Source: Octopus sinensis (Eukaryota). Taken from it: a stretch of DNA of 64,000 nt. Position 1 is the first letter of the stretch, and each line of letters opens with the position of its first letter. Where the stretch lies: positions 84,010,001 to 84,074,000 of the forward strand of contig NC_043001.1 in assembly GCF_006345805.1 (NCBI RefSeq), in the 5' to 3' direction. Positions 36,909 to 48,739 of this stretch are shown here, one piece after another. The notes under the pieces are model-generated. The model had not been told where the DNA came from. It saw only the letters and a program-made list of their open reading frames with translations, and searched no databases. The translations under genes were made by a program, and so were the position numbers.

Positions 36909-37077
36909 CTTCCAGATTCTGTCATTCTGTGAAAGTTTCTAGTTCGAATCACATGTCTCGAGATGTGCTGAACATTGTTTCTATTTTGGATATATTTGGG
37001 GTACTTAGGTCTGCTCAGGACTTAGTGCTTGCTTTTTCCATGGGTATGAGTAAGTATTTCACTTATATCTCGCGTAT

Positions 37078-37138
37078 TTGCCGCTGAAGAGGGGAAAATT
37101 TATTATTAATTAACCCCGAAATTGGACCAATACGGTAA
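37078..37138 (+). ncRNA. Complete type-I hammerhead ribozyme
   Basis: TTGCCG-CTGAAGA-G-GGG...CCC-GAAA-TTG-GAC-CAAT-A-CGGTAA: stem I 6 bp, intact core, stem II G/C closed, helix III ATTG/CAAT, predicted AUA cleavage after 37132. Confidence 0.8.
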
Positions 37139-37267
37139 TAACGAATTTTTTAGAAATTTCTATCGGTTTGTTTCGAGACGCATAAATTATAATGGTTATT
37201 GAAAAGTTTTGTCTTTTTTTCGGCATATTTGACATTAGAATTTTTCTTTTACCCTTATCTTGTAAAT

Positions 37268-37324
<57 letters not shown>

Positions 37325-37974
37325 ACAGGAACGAGCATGTACTAGATTTAGTGTTGTCTGTTGCTGAGTTGCTGCTAGATCTGAGTCTCCATGTTCTAGT
37401 CCTGTGTTCTAGTAATGTTTCAAATTTTACTTACTTTTGAATTATGTCTTCAACTACTGATTACAGTCATTGTGTTGCTCTACTGCTTTTATCACAGTCT
37501 GTGCTCAGTAGTCCGGGGCGCCATGTTCTAGGGGGTGAGGGTGGCAAGGAAGGCGTGACAAAGACAAGGAAATTTCCACAACCGTCAGCTTGTACACGTC
37601 GAAGTTCAGCTTTAGCTTGCCGGGGGCGCCAGCAACCCTAGGGTCAACCCTGAGTTGGGGGGGTTGTCGCCTGAGTGGTGCATAGATATCATCCACCTGG
37701 AGTGGAGGATCACTGGCAAACGGTGAATGCAGCGACGCGTTGTTATAGCACTACTACTACTACTACTACTACTACTTGAAACCTAATATCTCGATGAACT
37801 TTTTATGTATTTTGTATTCCCTCGATAAAGGAACTTGACCTACGAAAATCTGTCATCCACCTTGATTTATATTATATTTTACTCATATTTTGCAAATTAG
37901 GTGCATTGCAACAAAGGTTTTCTTTTTTTCTCATTATTCAATACCTACAGGAGCCGAGCACTCCTCGCAGCGTT

Positions 37975-38270
37975 AACCTATGGAGCGACAATTTCTAGGA
38001 CTGTCCACGAAAAATATCCCAATACCAACAAGGGGACTGTACATGGATTTATTATTACAAAAACTAGTGAGTTCATCAGAAGAGTGAGGTGTAAAGCGTA
38101 CTTTTACGACGATACGAAAGGAAGCCTAATTAAGACCTATAGCTATCCATCTCACAACTCTGCACTTGAGAACTTTGCTCATAAACCATCCCGTATAGGA
38201 CGTAATACTGGAAGGTGTAAGCCATGTACAAAAGAAGCAATCAGTATACTTCGTACAGACTAGAAGATTT
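37975..38270 (+). mobile_element. Decayed Penelope-like ORF N-terminus
   Basis: MERQFLGLSTKNIPIPTRGLYMDLLLQK, frameshifting into TSEFIRRVRCKAYFY, matches the recalled PLE start (S.KNIPIP...LI.K.E.FI.RMRWKA.FF). Confidence 0.75.
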
Positions 38271-38959
38271 TAATTCATAAAATCTCGGACGTTATAATTG
38301 TATGTAGGCATAAGTATTTAGCTACGTTTAAGTTTTTTTTTTCTTTAAGTAGATAGGATAGAATCTGATTTTATGAACATCGACTTGCCTTCATAAAATT
38401 ATAACATTTTTCCCGCTTTTAGTTAGATTTGATCAACTCAAAGTTAAGCATAACAGTCTTTATTCTTTGGCATCATAGTGATTCACGGGCTTAGCGTCGC
38501 ATTCAAACCTTTTACTCTTCTATATATAAGTTGTAAGTTAGCGATCATTGTAAATTATAGATTGCAAATATCACGTGAATTTTTAAATTGTTTCCACTAA
38601 CATTCTGCATATATGGATTCACGTTATTTTTAATTATTTACTTATCAGCAATCCAATTGTTTTTTTTTATTGGTTAACCAAATTTGAGCCCTCATTTTAT
38701 TTTTACAAATATCTTTATTTTTATTCGCACAAAATGTTTTACTGCACAACTTATTTTGAAAAATACTATAACATCTTATAAAAATATAACATTACTCGAT
38801 ATAACGTCAAGTTCCATAAGTAGGAGATATTTAAAGCTTTCTCAAATTTTAAAACTATTTTAATCGATTTTTTTCTACCTGCGTACATTAAGCAACATTT
38901 ATCTCTCACTAGATGGAGCATTTTCTTTTGTTCATCTTACCTTCAAGGCACAGTATACG

Positions 38960-39198
38960 ATATGTGTGTGTGTGTGTGTGTGTGTGTCAGTGTGTGTATA
39001 TGTTTGTGTGTCTGTGTTTGTCCCTTCAACATCGCTTGACAACCGATGCTGGTGTGTTTGTGTCCGATAGAATAAGTGACCGATAGAATAAATACTAGGC
39101 TTATAAAGAATAAATCCTGGGGTCGATCTGCTCGACTAAAGGCGGTGCTCCAGCACGGCCACAGTCAAATGACTGAAACAAGTAAATGAGTAAAAGAG
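38960..39198 (+). mobile_element. SINE family A, 3' half
   Basis: TGTGTCTGTGTTTGTCCC...GGCGGTGCTCCAGCAC...GAAACAAGTAAA. Confidence 0.85.
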
Positions 39199-39913
39199 TA
39201 TATGTAATGAATATACATAGGTAATATATATTTTTTAAATTTAAATAAAGAAGTATTATTACCGTTATTAATGATATTAAGATAATAAGGTGGCTAGCAA
39301 GTTCACACCGTTTCAGGCACAATATAAGATAAATTTAGATTCAGTAGGGTATATAATACCAGTTGCTAAAATCATACAGAGGGTGAAATCAATAGGTATT
39401 GAAATACACATTACTTACCGATGTATTCAACGCAAAGGTAAGCCTATTTCTCATATGTTCATTGTATTGTTCGTGTGTATCTTTATTGTGAGTTTCTGGT
39501 GATTTTGGAGCCTTGGCTCTGATTTTAGCAAGTGGTATTATATACCCTACTAAATCTAAATTTACCCGATATATATATATAATGAATATACATAGGTAAT
39601 ATATATGTATATATAAATATATGGACATACATATATATAGACATACATATATGCAAATAAACATATGCACACACATGCATAGTGGCACACACATACACAC
39701 TCATTGAAACTTATATGAAATACGACTGCAGGAATATTCCTCAAATGTGCTCAGACAATAATTTTATAATGCTATGCCATAACGAGAATCCATAAGAATA
39801 TCTGTACTTTTAGATTTGTTTGTCTACAGGAACAATTCCAAAAATTAATCAGATTGTGCATTGATTGAAATAAAGTAATAATGCCTCATCTATCGTTATA
39901 TGTAATGATGATG

Positions 39914-39971
<58 letters not shown>

Positions 39972-40149
39972 TAATAACAACAGCTATAATATTTTTTTGA
40001 ATAGTCATCGTCATCTCTTTCTTCCTTAATATTCTAAGCATTGCATATATGATATACATAAATGAATATGTGTGTGCGTGTGTGCGTGTGGGTGTGTGTG
40101 TAGATATTCAGAATATTAAGGATGAAAGAATTATTTATTTATTTATTTA

Positions 40150-40201
<52 letters not shown>

Positions 40202-40275
40202 CGTATACATATATATACACATATATATGTATAGATATATATATACACACATATATATATTATATATATGTATGC

Positions 40276-40307
<32 letters not shown>

Positions 40308-40352
40308 TTTATATATATAGATATAGATATAGATGTAGGTGTAGATACAGGT

Positions 40353-40391
<39 letters not shown>

Positions 40392-42032
40392 TACAATTGA
40401 AACACCATCATGAATTCCGAGATTACCGCTGATTGAATATCACAATTCGTCCGCAATATCTCTTATACCCTTCCCTCCCCCCACTCCTACATTGCTCTTT
40501 TCCTCATTTTTCTTTTTCCACTGTCCCCAACTACTTTTCTGTCTATTCCCCCCTCCATGCCAGGCCTTTATTCTTTCTTCACGAATCTCCATCTTATAAA
40601 GTTCTATTCCATATTTTCCACTTACTTCTTGGAACCGTCAGTACACCTCACAATATTTCCAGTAACATATTTTCTCTAAGCCGCTGTCTCTACCCTCATA
40701 TCACTACCCGAGATTTTCGTCCAAAGTTCCACGCCACACCTATACTCTTCCCCATCATTGAATCCATCATCACTCGCACTTGCCGTCTTTTCATCTGAGC
40801 TACCATTCCTTCCACCCTTTTCTGTATCCATATTTTCGATCACCACCTCACTGAGGCCTTTTCCTCCTTTTCTCTCTTTGTACATCGTCTTTTGCTCAAT
40901 CTATTCTTCCCTTCATTTTACATCTCAATGTCCACCTTCTCAATTTTCTCACATGCACAAAAAAACCTTAAACTACACTGCCTACTCCATTCAACCACAA
41001 GCTGCCCCTCAGCAACAGCCTGCCCTTAACCCCCTACAATTCTACCTCGCCCACCTCACCTTAGCCCGACCTTTCTTTTGCTTATACCCAACCAATCAAC
41101 CAACTAACCAACCAACCAACCACGAAGCCACTCCATGCCCTCAACCACCCTTCCCACGCTAACCCCACACACCTCCACCCCTATACCACCTGACTTCTCG
41201 CTTTCCGAGATGAAAGCCCACTTCTCAGTAGGGATATCCGCTTCATACCTTTCCCACCCACAATGACGAATTTCTAACCCGTACCTACTTCAAGTAGTTC
41301 CTAGTACTGCACAAAATTGTGAAACTTCTTCCAAGGCTATTCCCAAAACACCTAACAGACAAAAGTGCTTTTCAGACCTGGGTCGCTGCCCATCCAACTG
41401 GACGGCGCTGTCTGAACAGTTGAGTAACCTGCACGAATAAGCATCAATTTGTGCCAGCGCATGTAACCCCGCACTGAACCAAATATTCTTAACCTTTCAT
41501 AGTCATCCGTGCTGATGTCTCGTCCCACACAACCTCCGACGCTACAATGACATAAAACAGGTTGACAAATGAAGACAGTGGTAGTCTGATGAACCGACCA
41601 CTATAGGGCAGGGACACTCCAACAGCTACGTAACACCACCTTGTACTGCTTCTTGCCCTTCAACCTCACGTCCATCTGCTACCCGTTAATTCGTCTCCTC
41701 TTCTTCTTCCCACTCTATTGTCAACAACATCTATTTCTTTCCCCAAAATTAATAAGCCTGGCGGCCTTAGCCACTCCATAGTTTCCTCCTGTAATTACCC
41801 AAGCGAAGCACCTCGACTTCATTCTTTCACTCTTAGTTCCTTCCCTCCTGTTTCACATCTATGACACCATTCATGCCCTTTTATTCTTCAACCCCTTTTC
41901 CTGCCCTTCCGGCCCTTCTCGCTTTCTCTTCACTGTAGTTATTGGTCATTAAATCTCTTTATAATGTCATCTCTCATAACAACAACCTCTAAGCTTTCAA
42001 AAATTTTCTCAGTTATCGCATCACCCTTCACC

Positions 42033-42178
42033 CACTAGCGTAGCTAGAATGTGTGCCACCCGGGGTGGCCCTTCCGTTTGCCGCCCCCGGGCCCCACAAA
42101 AAACACATATTGCCTACAGCAGACCCAAAAGTGCCGTCCGGGGCGGACTACCCATACCCCCACCCAGATACGCTAGTG
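42033..42178. mobile_element. 146-bp MITE (hAT-like) inserted in the PLE RT
   Basis: TIRs CACTAGCGTAGCTAG / CCAGATACGCTAGTG; the flanking 8-mers CCTTCACC/TCTCCAGC match only 5 of 8. Confidence 0.7.
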
Positions 42179-42935
42179 TCTCCAGCTCAGTACGCACGCC
42201 ATTTTCAACCTGGCTGAACTAGTGCTCCCCTTCACTGTGCTTTCACGGACGAACTCTATCAATAGGTACGTGGGGTCACAAAGGAAACGAGAAATGAATG
42301 GCCCCAGCTATGTCAACCTATTCGTTGGCAACATCGGAGTCCAAATTTTCTCACAATTCACAGGATAGGGCTTAGAACTATACAGTCATATAAAAGACGG
42401 TCGTATCAACTCCACTTCCCTCTCCCCTGAACAACAGAATACTTTCATTTCAAATGTCACTTCCTTCCGCCTTCCCTCTGTCATCTCGGAAACCTCCATG
42501 AGGTTTCTACTCAGTAGTATTTCCATACCTCTATCAACCACCTTGATCACGCTCTTACCGCTACTGCCTTCTATCGAATCCCATTGAATCCGGCTCTTAT
42601 TTTGATGTTACTTCCTCTCAAACTAAACGAGCCATCAACTCGCTCCCTATTCTGCCTTCTCCGCTGTTAGTTCAGCCGCGATCAAAACTTTTATAAACTT
42701 ATCCACTCATCCATCTTTCCACATCAATCCGGTCATCCCTTACATGCGATTCATCCGTTTCTGCCATAAATGCAGCTGTGACCAAGACTCTGAGCTCTTG
42801 TCATAATACATGTTCCGTCTCTTGGTTCGATGTGAATATCCTCCCACACAAGTCCAATCCACCCTGACCCAAACCCGCTAAATAGACTATACTCTCTTCC
42901 TCGCAACGGTCCGACTCCCATCTGATACTCTTTCC

Positions 42936-43627
42936 GGATCTTTACCTTTTGAGCGACAGATTAAAAAAAATAATTTTTTGTAACTAAACACTTTCAAACT
43001 TCGGACATTGGTAGAATTTGTCATATAAAACATCTTTTGCTCTTAGCGTTCTTGAGAAAAGCTTATATTTAGGAAGTTATTTAACGTTAAAGTTGTAGTA
43101 TTTCGGTAATTTCAACCAATCAATGACGTGTATTCAGCTGAATAAAATTAATGCTGTTGTTTGTCAACAAGAACTTCCGGCAGTGTATATTTCGTTATTT
43201 ATGACAACCCTAACCCTAAAACCTTAACCCTAACATCCTAACCCTAAAACACTAACCCTAACCCTAAAACCTTAACCCTAACTCTAAAACCTTAACCTTA
43301 ACCCTAACCCTAAAACCATAAAGCTAAAACCAGTACAAGCTCACGAACGATGTCATAAATAACAATGACAAACGAAAAATACACCGCCGATAGTTGTTGA
43401 CAGACACCAGCAGTAATTGTATTCAGCTGAATACACTTCATTGATTGGTTGAAATTACCGAAATACTACAACTTTAACGTAAAATAACTTCCTAAATATA
43501 AGCTTTTCTCAAAAACGCTAAGAGCAAAAGATGTTTTATATGACACATTCTACCAGTGTCCGAAGTTTGAAAGTGTTTAGTTACAAAAAATTATTTTCTA
43601 AATCCGTCGGTCAAATGGTAAAGATCC
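42936..43627. mobile_element. 692-bp long-TIR non-autonomous DNA transposon (Merlin- or MULE-like) with a telomere-like core
   Basis: GGATCTTTACC...GGTAAAGATCC, TIRs about 270 bp, perfect 8-bp TSD CTCTTTCC, central degenerate (CCCTAA)n at 43207-43330. Confidence 0.88.
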
Positions 43628-43834
43628 CTCTTTCCTCTCCATCCTACCTCTCCATCTCTAAACCATTTGTGCCTCCTTCAATATAATCATACAACCCTCT
43701 CCTATTTCCAAATGCACTTCTTTCAAGCATGTTCTACTCGGCATGTGCCTCCCCTCTTCTCTTCAGCCTTTCACGGATCCTCCTCTTCTCCCCGACCCCG
43801 ATGTCACACTTGTCCTTTCCTTGCCATAATCACC

Positions 43835-44253
43835 TGTAGTGACGCCATTTTGGAAGTCTTCTGCGCGCATGTGCAGAGTTGGATTCTTCCGGGAGGCCTA
43901 CCGGAAGTTCCCTCATGCGCATGCGAAGAGAACTAGCAGCAGAAAAACTTCCCGCGTATCGCTCTCTCGAAGCTGACAGCCGAATTGAACGGACGCGTCT
44001 TCACAGCTCTACCAAGCTGCCACCACGTGGCGAAGCTACACTATGCTGGAACGAGACAGCATTTTGTTCACACCACTTAACTACAGCGACTAGGTCCATG
44101 GCTACCGGTTCGCCCCGAAGGAAATATATATATATTATTGCGAATCCAGAAAAATAAAAATATTTATGTTGTTGAAGATATTCGAAGTCTTGGCTCTTCC
44201 TTCGACAAATACTTTAATGTAAGGGATGAGACCTGCACCCCTCAAGTGTTACA
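43835..44253 (+). mobile_element. Putative solo LTR (419 bp) inserted in the PLE linker
   Basis: TGTA...TACA termini, 4-bp flanks CACC/GACC (1 mismatch), internal TATA-like run and AATAAA; the PLE reading resumes after it. Strand is inferred from those signals. Confidence 0.6.
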
Positions 44254-44735
44254 GACCTTTCATCCTGTTAGAACCACTTTTACAGACGCAACCATTGCCC
44301 TTTCCACATTTCTGATTCGCCCATCTGCACTTCTACGGGCTTCATTTTCTGTTTAAAGTGTTCCATCTGCGACGCCTTGTACTTCAGTCAAAACCAGCAG
44401 CTGTTTAGAAGACCGATTTACGGAACAGCTTCGTGACATCTGTTTGGAAACCATACTTCAGTCGTTTGCTACTTCTATTTCACTAACTACTCTACACAAC
44501 AATTCACAATGCTTGACACTGAATATACACAATTCTTGGCTTCGCAGAGAGCAAAGTTTTATTTTCTTCAATTCACCATCCTACATCCTCTAACATCGCC
44601 TCCTGCACCCCGTACTTACACCCCCAAATCTCCACTCACTACCATCCATTGACGACACAAAATATCAATATTCGTGTCAAATACATGAACACACTAGCAC
44701 ATTACAATAAGATAGAGGCAATTTTGCATCTACAT

Positions 44736-44901
44736 AGGCGTAGGAGTGGCTGTGTGGTAAGTAGCTTGCTTACCAACCACATGGTTCCGGGTTCAGTGCC
44801 ACTGCATGGCACCTTCGGCAAGTGTCTTCTACTATAGCCTCGGGCCGACCAAAGCTTTGTGAGTGGATTTGGTAGACGGAAACTGAGAAAAGCCCGTCGT
44901 A
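44736..44901 (+). mobile_element. SINE family A head module
   Basis: AGGCGTAGGAGTGG...AAGCCCGTCG then (TA)n. Confidence 0.88.
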
Positions 44902-44940
44902 TATATGTATATATATATATATATATATATGTAGCTACAT

Positions 44941-45344
44941 AGGCGTAGGAGTGGCTGTGTGGTAAGTAGCTTGCTTACCAACCACATGGTTGCGGGTTCA
45001 GTCCCACTGCGTGGTACCTTGGCCAAGTGTCTTCTACTATAGCCTCGGGTCGACCAAAACCTTGTGAGTTTATTTGGTAGACAGAAACTGAAAGAAACCC
45101 GTCGTATATATATGTATGTATGAGTGTATATGTTTGTGTGTCTGTGTTTGTCCCCCCAACATCACTTGACAACCGATGCTGGTGTGTTTACGTCCCCGTA
45201 AGTTAGCGGTTCGGCAAAAAGAGACCGATAGAATAAGTACTAGGTTTACAAAGAATAAGTCGTGGGGTCGATTTGCTCGACTAAAGGCGGCGCTCCAGCA
45301 TGGCCACAGTCAAATGACTGAAACAAGTAAAAGAGTAAAGAGTA
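44941..45344 (+). mobile_element. SINE family A, full length
   Basis: Complete copy lying in the (TA)n that follows the preceding head module. Confidence 0.9.
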
Positions 45345-45953
45345 TACATCTACAGACATACACACAGACCCGTATATAAAGCAGACCTTAACAAGCATGC
45401 GCATATACGCAATCGTATACACATACATACGTATTACATATAAACAACCGCACACATCGAATAATGATTCATATCAAATACACAAATACACACTCATTAC
45501 AACCAGACAGACGCATATCCCTATCCACAGAAACACACAAATATCTGCATACACACAAACATACACATCTGCATCCATACAAACACACACATATCTGTGC
45601 CACACAAACATACACATATCTACATCTACACAAATACACACATACACACATACATATCTGTGCCACACAAATATATACATATCTACATCTACGTAAACAC
45701 ACACATATCTGCAGCCGCACAAACACACACACATATATCCACACAAGCACATACATATCTGCATCCATACAAACACACGTATCTGCATACACACAAGCCT
45801 CTACATATAGCAGACATACACAAACACGTGCATATGCAGTCACATATACACACATACAAACAACATATAGGCCACCACGTACTCTCGATCCAGTTCTTAT
45901 CATTTCGGTTATCGGTCATCACCACACGAACACACAGACACATTTCTGCGTCA

Positions 45954-45991
<38 letters not shown>

Positions 45992-46150
45992 AGACACAGA
46001 CACACGCACGCGCGAAGACATGTGCAGACAAACACACATGTGACAGACGCTCAGGACACATGACACAAAGAGTCACGAACACAAAAAAACCGCTTCTTCG
46101 TAACTTTTACACACAAATACAAACGTATAGACACATCAACACACACACTA
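45345..46150. repeat. Cryptic CA-rich minisatellite-like tract
   Basis: Recurrent ACACACATATCTG(C/T) and CATCCATACAAAC units. Confidence 0.8.
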
Positions 46151-47080
46151 ATAAATTCCAGTCCTTCAATTTGCTCCCAAGCCCCCAAAATACCCCATCT
46201 AGAATACTCCTTATTTCCGGTCAGAGAGCGGCGAAACACGTAGATCAATACCACGTGACTTCTCTCACATGAGTTCCTTTCCTGTTTTTACTTCTTTCTT
46301 TTTTTCAGTTTCTTTCGATGCTTCTTCCTCTATTCTACTCTCGGAACAAGGACCATATCCCAAACGTTGTAGCCATTAACATTCTCCTTGTTTTCGAGTG
46401 GTATGCACACGCTCCCGACGGCCACTTCTATTCCTGAATGATACTCAGACAATGCATATTTGCATGGATTACCACTTAAGAATCCCGTTAATCCTTGTAT
46501 TTGTGGGGCTAACCAACTTTTATGTACAGTTTTAGAAAACGGAGCTCTTTATCGGGAAAGGGCCTTTTTACTTGTTTTTTTGCTTTAAAGGTATATTGGT
46601 TCATGACCTTTGCAGGCCCTACAAGACCAGTATGGTTGATGCCATTTATGTTCGGTTTAAATTGTTGCAGGTCAACATCTGCAGAAAAGACAGGAGCATG
46701 GAGAAGCTTCCGAAAGAGCATTATTCTGTGAGAAGAACTGGGCAAAATGGTTTGTGCTGGGGCGTCGAGGTTGAACAGACCAAGAGTAACGAGAAGCAGA
46801 AAAATGAGTGAGACGGGTCAACCTGCACGATAAAGACCTGAGATCAGCCTGCTCGGACGAACAGGGGCTATTATAGTGCTGAGTGTTTTTTCCTTAGTAC
46901 TTTAAAAGTTGGCATGAACATCTCTTCACTGATGATGTTGACTCTTAAAGAGGTTATTAGCAAAAGCAGAGTTGTAGTTTTGGATGTTCTACAAGAAATG
47001 CCATCAGCTGGTGGATCAGCAACAACTTGTAGCATAACTTTTCTCCTGGAAGAGTACATTACAACTGTTTTATTTCTATA

Positions 47081-47480
47081 CTAGCAGCATAGCCCGGCGT
47101 TGCCCGGGTATGTAAGAACCCCTAGTAGGCAACGACTAATCCCAATCTAGTTCTTTCCCTCTAGGGAACGAAGGCGCATGTGTAGGTTGCAACGTCTTCT
47201 CTTCACTCGAACACTTCTATGTATACGATGTTCCTAGCTGTCTCCCGACAGAAAATGTGTTGCATATAAAAAGCTTAGATTCTCGACCCCATGTCGAATT
47301 TATCTATTTCTTTCAAAACTGGGGGAACTTTTCAAAATTTTCGCTGCGTTAGTTTTGAATTATGACATTGGGCTATGTGTGTGTCAAGTTTCATCAGAAT
47401 CGGTTGAAAGCCGTGGTCAGGGTGAGGGTACAACCTGACAGACACACAGACAGACAAACTGCCGTTTATATATAGAGAGA
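47081..47480 (-). mobile_element. Non-autonomous Helitron (400 bp)
   Basis: Minus strand A|TC...hairpin CCCGG-GCAACG-CCGGG...CTAG|T, inserted in AT with no TSD. Confidence 0.85.
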
Positions 47481-47820
47481 TATGGGCCAAGCCTGAATTT
47501 CGAGATGGCGCCAATAGAAATTATATTTTTATAAGCATTACCATGTCCAGGATCATAGGTGAAAACATTTCACTCCCATTGCTCATGTGTGTAAGGCTAA
47601 GATGCAAACACTGCTCAGCTTAATGTTACCCTGGGGCGGTTATGGGCCTTTATAGTGCTTGGTAGCATTTTTATAAAGGTACACGAGTCGTTCAACAGGC
47701 AACTCCAGTTGTCTCTACATACCTTGTCTACTTGCCTAATTAATTTCTGTTGATGACGAATCTGTCGGTCATAAGGGCCCCCAACTGTGTATTTATCAAG
47801 AATATCTGTTCGTTTTCATA

Positions 47821-48208
47821 TACTCTTTTACTTGTTTCAGTCATTTGACTATGGCCATGCTGGAGCACCGCCTTTAGTCGAGCAAATCGACCCCAGGACT
47901 TATTCTTTGTAAGCCTAGTACTTATTCTATTGGTCTCTTTTGCCGAACCGCTAAGTTACGGGGACATAAACACACCAGCATCAGTTGTCAGGCGATTTTG
48001 GGAGAGGAGGACAAACACAGACACACAAACATACACACACACGTACATATATATATATATACACATATATACGACGGACTTCTTTCAGTTTCCGTCTACC
48101 AAATCCACTCACAAGGCTTTGGTCGGCCCGAGGCTATAGTAGAAGACACTCGCCCGGAACCATGTGGTTGGTAAGCAAGCTACTTGCCACACAGCCACAT
48201 CTACGCCT
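47821..48208 (-). mobile_element. SINE family A with a small internal deletion
   Basis: Tail and head match family A. Confidence 0.88.
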
Positions 48209-48560
48209 ATGTTCACTTTTGATGTCAAATTTCTCGCAAGTTACATTCCCGGAAGCATAAGCCTGCAATTTTTTGGTGTTGCTGTTCAACTGTCGTTGCT
48301 CGTGTGTTTCTGGTATTTGGCAGCAGAGAACGTTGTGTAAACGTTGGACCGTTCCTTGGTTTTGATGAAAATATCTTCGGTGGCAAATCGTTCATAAAAG
48401 GGAACGCTACTTTTAGTTGCGACAGTAACCTGGATTTGAACCTACAACTGAAAAATGACGTAGAAGCAGATTTTGTTTAAACGAAGAGTCGACTTTTGTG
48501 TATGCGAGTTTAAATTACGATCACAATTTAATATATTCTGTTTGTTTTATTTTTGTTCCT

Positions 48561-48739
48561 TATGATTTAACATACTCACCGGTAAAATTTCCACTAATTA
48601 TTTTTATTTTCCTAAAATTTTCGTTGCGTCTTGCAACCTTTTCAATAGTATTGACTCTAAAGGTTGCAAGACGCAACGAAAATTTTAGGAAAATAAAAAT
48701 AATTAGTGGAAATTTTACCGGTGAGTGTGTTAAATTATA
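48561..48739. repeat. Fold-back palindrome, about 78-bp arms
   Basis: CTCACCGGTAAAATTTCC...CTTGCAACCTTT / AAAGGTTGCAAG...GGAAATTTTACCGGTGAG. Confidence 0.9.

Larger units (their letters stand above)
40440..44690 (+). mobile_element. Near-full-length fossil Penelope-like (Neptune-type) retroelement with three nested insertions
   Basis: Motifs in order: SRCL...RDFRPKFHA; LSEDE..LLSRDIRFIP; VDK..VVV..TDHYR; IYFFPKINKP..IVSSC; LFT..IKSLY; GPSYVNLFVG; HIKDG (decayed YIDD); IPYMRFIRFC...EYP; PRCHTCPF linker; CTSTGFIFCLKCSICDALY..LEDRFTE (GIY-YIG). Numerous stops and frameshifts. Confidence 0.88.

Noticed and set aside
37500-37700. GC-rich 63-aa ORF (MDDIYAPLRRQ...)
   Set aside because: The ends resemble a decayed GC-rich MITE (CAGGG..CCCTAGGG..GGCGCCCC); there is no good donor site and the protein is not recognised.
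43207-43330. True telomere or chromosome fusion site
   Set aside because: Short, degenerate and enclosed by TIRs with a perfect TSD.
48215-48445. About 74-codon open minus frame after a possible acceptor
   Set aside because: No recognisable homology and no donor; within chance expectation.
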